From assembly GCA_004431415.1 (NCBI GenBank), contig QPMI01000089.1, forward strand, positions 248,001 through 312,000: a stretch of DNA of 64,000 nt, written 5' to 3'. A model generated the notes under the pieces. That model was not told the DNA's origin. It worked only from the letters and a program-made list of their open reading frames with translations, and made no database searches. Each line of letters starts with the position of its first letter. Within the stretch, counting starts at the first letter, position 1. Position numbers and translations under genes: made by a program. The DNA is from Cyanophora paradoxa CCMP329. Its lineage: Eukaryota > Plantae > Glaucophyta. Shown here one piece after another: positions 60,620 through 64,000 of this stretch.

Positions 60620-61530
60620 TCGCTCGATCGGACCCTTGACTCTTTCTCCTCCCTCTTTCTTAGGGCCTGCCGCTTCCGCCCGGAAGACCCTTTCCTTTCC
60701 TTTCCTCCCTCCCGTTTTTTACAGCCAGCTCAGTAGATTCCGTCAGCATACGAGGTAGTTAAGATAACACTAGGCTCACCGCTCTTGCGCTGTATAGGAC
60801 CCCCCTGCCTCCTCTTTAAGTGGCCGTCGGACGTCAGCGGTTCCCTTTGCTTAAGTATCTCCTCCGTATTACGTACGTCTATCCATAACCTCATATATCG
60901 AAATCAGATTTTAATTTAAGCAGAAAAGATTATCGTCGCTCGCGATTGTTCGTTGAACGGGGCCATGGGCGCGTGCACGTTCATGGCGTTACGAGTTAGC
61001 GACGACGACCAGCGCGCGCGCGGTCGGACTGGGTTTAAAACGAGTCGCGATCGAGCCAAGGCGCCTTCTCATGCAGCATGCACGCTCACACTGTCGACGA
61101 GCGCGAGGCAGGCACCGCCGATGTCAGGACTGCATATGCATACGCAGCTGGCAGCCGCAGCTGCAGCCGCGGCCGCGGGCCGGGCCCGGCCGGGATCGAT
61201 ATCCGGAAGCGGGCCGACAATCCGCCCGCGGCCCGGCCCGACGGCAACATCTGAAGCCCTGGAGTCAGTGAAGTCCTGGCCCGGCGGCCGGAGCTCGATC
61301 GCGAGGGCCACGTATACGTACCGGTACGTATACGGGCGCCGGCGCCGGCGACGACGCGTACGGCGACGGAACGTATACGTGGATCATGAAACGAGTCGAG
61401 CCAAGGCGCGCCTGCGCATCCAACTCCGGAAGCGGTGGACTTCTGACCCTGCAAGTTCTACGTACCCCAGAGCTGCTGACGCGTTCGGTCGCTGCTCGCT
61501 GTCTCCTGGTCCCCCGGGCCCACGCACGGA

Positions 61531-63802
61531 ATGGAGTGCAAATTTTCGATGCCTGAAGGTTCGCGAGAAGTTGCGAGGCGACAGCGCGGGCGAGATTGCT
61601 GAAGTGAACGCGCAGATGTACATGTCTCGGAGCCAGTCAGGGAGCATGCGCAGAGGAGCGGTGAGGAAACGCTTGCGGACACAGCTGCAGGCACAGTTTT
61701 TGCGGCGTCGTCCTCAGACGGCAGCGCCACTCGAAAGCGCCGGAGGACAGATGACAGCGCGCATCCAGACACGGAGACCGTAGCGGAGGGAGATGCAGGT
61801 GCTGCAGCGGGGGATGCCGAAGATGCAGCGGCACCCGCATCGATCCAGCAGCCAGCCGCATCGCAGCCATCGATCCAGCAGCTGCCGGATGACATTCTCA
61901 CGTACATTTTCAAGCGCTTGGACCTGCCGGCCGCTGCTGTCGCACGTGCCGTCTGCCGCCGCTGGCGCGTCGAGGCCGAGGCGATCCTCTGGCGCCGGTT
62001 GGACATCAAGCTGTCCCCGGAGCGCGCGGACCGGCTGGCGGGCTTCTTGATCGGCGCTCAAGGCCTGGACTGGAGTGAGCTGGACGTCGCTGAGCGCGCA
62101 AGTCTCATCTGGCAGTCCTTGGCTCCGGGCCGGTGGATCCGCATGGCTCCCGACGCATCGCTGAGCCTCGAGGTCGAACCCGCCACGGAGGATTATCGCA
62201 GCGAAGCGTGGCGGTCCACTCTCTCCCTCCTCACGGCGTTCTCGGCCGCGGCCGGCGCGGCGGGCGGCGCCGGCGGCTTGGGCGAGGTCGACGTGGAGTG
62301 CTCGTGCGCCTCGGACACTTGCCTTGCGGACATCCTCGATGCCCTCGCGCCGCCGGGCGCCGCCGTCTGTCCCTCGCTCCGCAGCCTCGCCCTGCGTGGC
62401 AAATCGTCCGGCGATCCCGACTGCACTGTCCTCTGCCTCGGCTTGGACCCCGTTCTACGGCCCTTGGTCTTCCCGAACCTCTCCAGCCTCGCCTGCAACA
62501 TCCTCTGCTGCTACCCCGGCCGACACGACTCCGAGGCCCTTGCCCGGAGCCTCCCGAACCTCAAGCGGGTCCGCAGCCGCCCGCCCCTCGCCCGCGCGCG
62601 GCCGCCCCCGCCATTTTTCAGCTCGAAATGACCGCGGGAAGCAGCTGGAGGTGGAGTACGACGACGAAAGGACCGGCGTGGTGGTAGAGCACAGCGTCGA
62701 GAAGGCCGCCATAGGCTTGGCCGCGGGCGTCTTTCCCGCGCTCGAGTCCTTCAAAGCGGTGGAGACGGGCGGCTGCGAGCGCGCCGGGCCCCTGGTCGAG
62801 GCCCTCGCCTCAAGCAACGCCGCTCTCACCCTTAGGGAGTGCGCCTCCCCCCCCCCCCCCTCCCCCCCCCCCCCCCTCCCCGCCCCTGCCGCGGCGTGGC
62901 CTTGGATTGCTTTCTGATCGCGCGGGCCGGGCCCAGGCTCGTGCTGCAGTGGAGTTCGGGGTTGGCAGAGCTCCCCGTGGAGGCCCTGCGCGCCCTCGGG
63001 CGGTTCACCGCCCTCGAGCGCCTGCGAGGCCCCTTCGCGGTTCGCCCCGCCCGACTCGCCCCGCCCCATCCCCGCCCCGCCCACCCCGCCCAGGTCTTTC
63101 CGGAGGCGGCCGGGGATGACTTGGCGGCGCTGGGGTCCCTCCCGGCGCTGAAGAGCCTGGGACCTGTGGACCTCTACGAGGACGACGAAGCCCTCGCCGC
63201 CCGCCTAGACTGCCTCGCCGCCGCCCTCGCGCGCTCCTCGTCTCTGACTGAGCTCGAGCTGAGCATCGGTGCATCTGTTGCCCTCCCCCCGCCCACCCTT
63301 TCCTCGCTCACTGCGCAACAGGTGCCGGGCTGACACCGGAGGCGCTGGCGGCGCTGGCGCGGCTGGCCCGCGCGGGCCGGGGGCGCCTCTCGCTCGAGCT
63401 GGACGCGGAGCTCGCGCCGGGCCGCCCCGCGGAGGTCGCCGCGGCGCTGGCGGGCGCCCCGCCCCGCCGCCTCGTCCTGTTCGTGTACATGAAGGAGGAG
63501 GCGGCCGACGAGTCCGGCAGAGTGAGCTGTGAACGGCTGGACGGCCTCTCTGCCTTCGCCGGCTGCTCCGCGGGCGACATCGAGGTCCGCGCGCGTCCGC
63601 CTCTTCCCCCCCCCGCCTCGGCCCCGGGCATGCCCGGCCGCGCCCTCGACGCGGCTTGAGGCTAGGACGCCCGCAGGTCCGCCTTTGCGTCGAGGGCGAG
63701 GGCGAATGCGAGGGCATGGACGCGGCGCGGGAGGCTGTGAGTCGGGCCCTGCCCTCAGCCCGCGTCGTCGTGCAGCGGGTTTCATTCACGCGCGTAGCTT
63801 GA
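61531..63802 (+). CDS. F-box protein with LRR-like C-terminus
   Basis: IQQLPDDILTYIFKRLDLPAAAVARAVCRRWR, followed by CPSLRSLAL, FPNLSSL, LPNLKR, LPALKSL repeats. The first exon is inferred. Confidence 0.85.
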
Positions 63803-64000
63803 TCGCACGCCCCCGTCGTTCTCGTACATGTGTGCATATCTGTCTGCAGCTTTATGTATATATACGTATCCTTGAGCTTGAGTCGAGTATATATCCTAAG
63901 GCATGTGCACGCAGTCCTTTTTTGCATGATGTGGTCGACGTCATTGTAGCTAGATCTGAAGGTCAGCCTTGCATGTGTACGTGCTACGGTAGGCTCGATC

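Noticed and set aside
1-64000. Most long Arg/Pro/Gly/Ala-rich ORFs in the supplied track
   Set aside because: They are shadow, antisense or intron read-through frames expected at this GC content.
1-64000. tRNA, rRNA or snRNA genes
   Set aside because: None recognised by eye; a covariance-model search would be needed to exclude them.

Overview
This is GC-rich eukaryotic (protist/algal) nuclear DNA with many short spliceosomal introns (typical donor GTGCGC, several GC-AG). The style resembles the glaucophyte Cyanophora paradoxa, but that is an unverified impression. Host genes: a polycystin-2/TRPP-like channel (runs off the left edge), a large unknown multi-pass membrane protein, a giant LamG plus Cys-rich-repeat type I membrane protein, a hypothetical gene, RRP40, a PlsB/GPAT-DHAPAT acyltransferase, mitochondrial uL11, a Yvc1/TRPY-like channel, a membrane-anchored class I cyclic-nucleotide PDE and an F-box protein. 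Mobile DNA: two copies of one Helitron2-type family (6.9-8.3 kb and 38.0-45.1 kb), a cluster of about 8 MITEs at 17.2-21 kb, and a broken intron-retaining GPAT duplicate fused to orphan exons. The second Helitron2 copy carries a Pif1-like helicase fragment and is interrupted by an RT+RNase H LINE with an 18-bp TSD. Two observations stand out. (1) Paired repeat copies show a recurrent mutation X -> X.revcomp(X).X (2-4 nt inverted micro-triplications), which may explain why non-coding DNA here is full of overlapping short palindromes. (2) The LINE has the geometry of a twin-primed 5' inversion, with its reading frame rejoining exactly across the inversion. Exon boundaries were read by eye, gene ends are approximate, and homopolymer assembly errors are likely.
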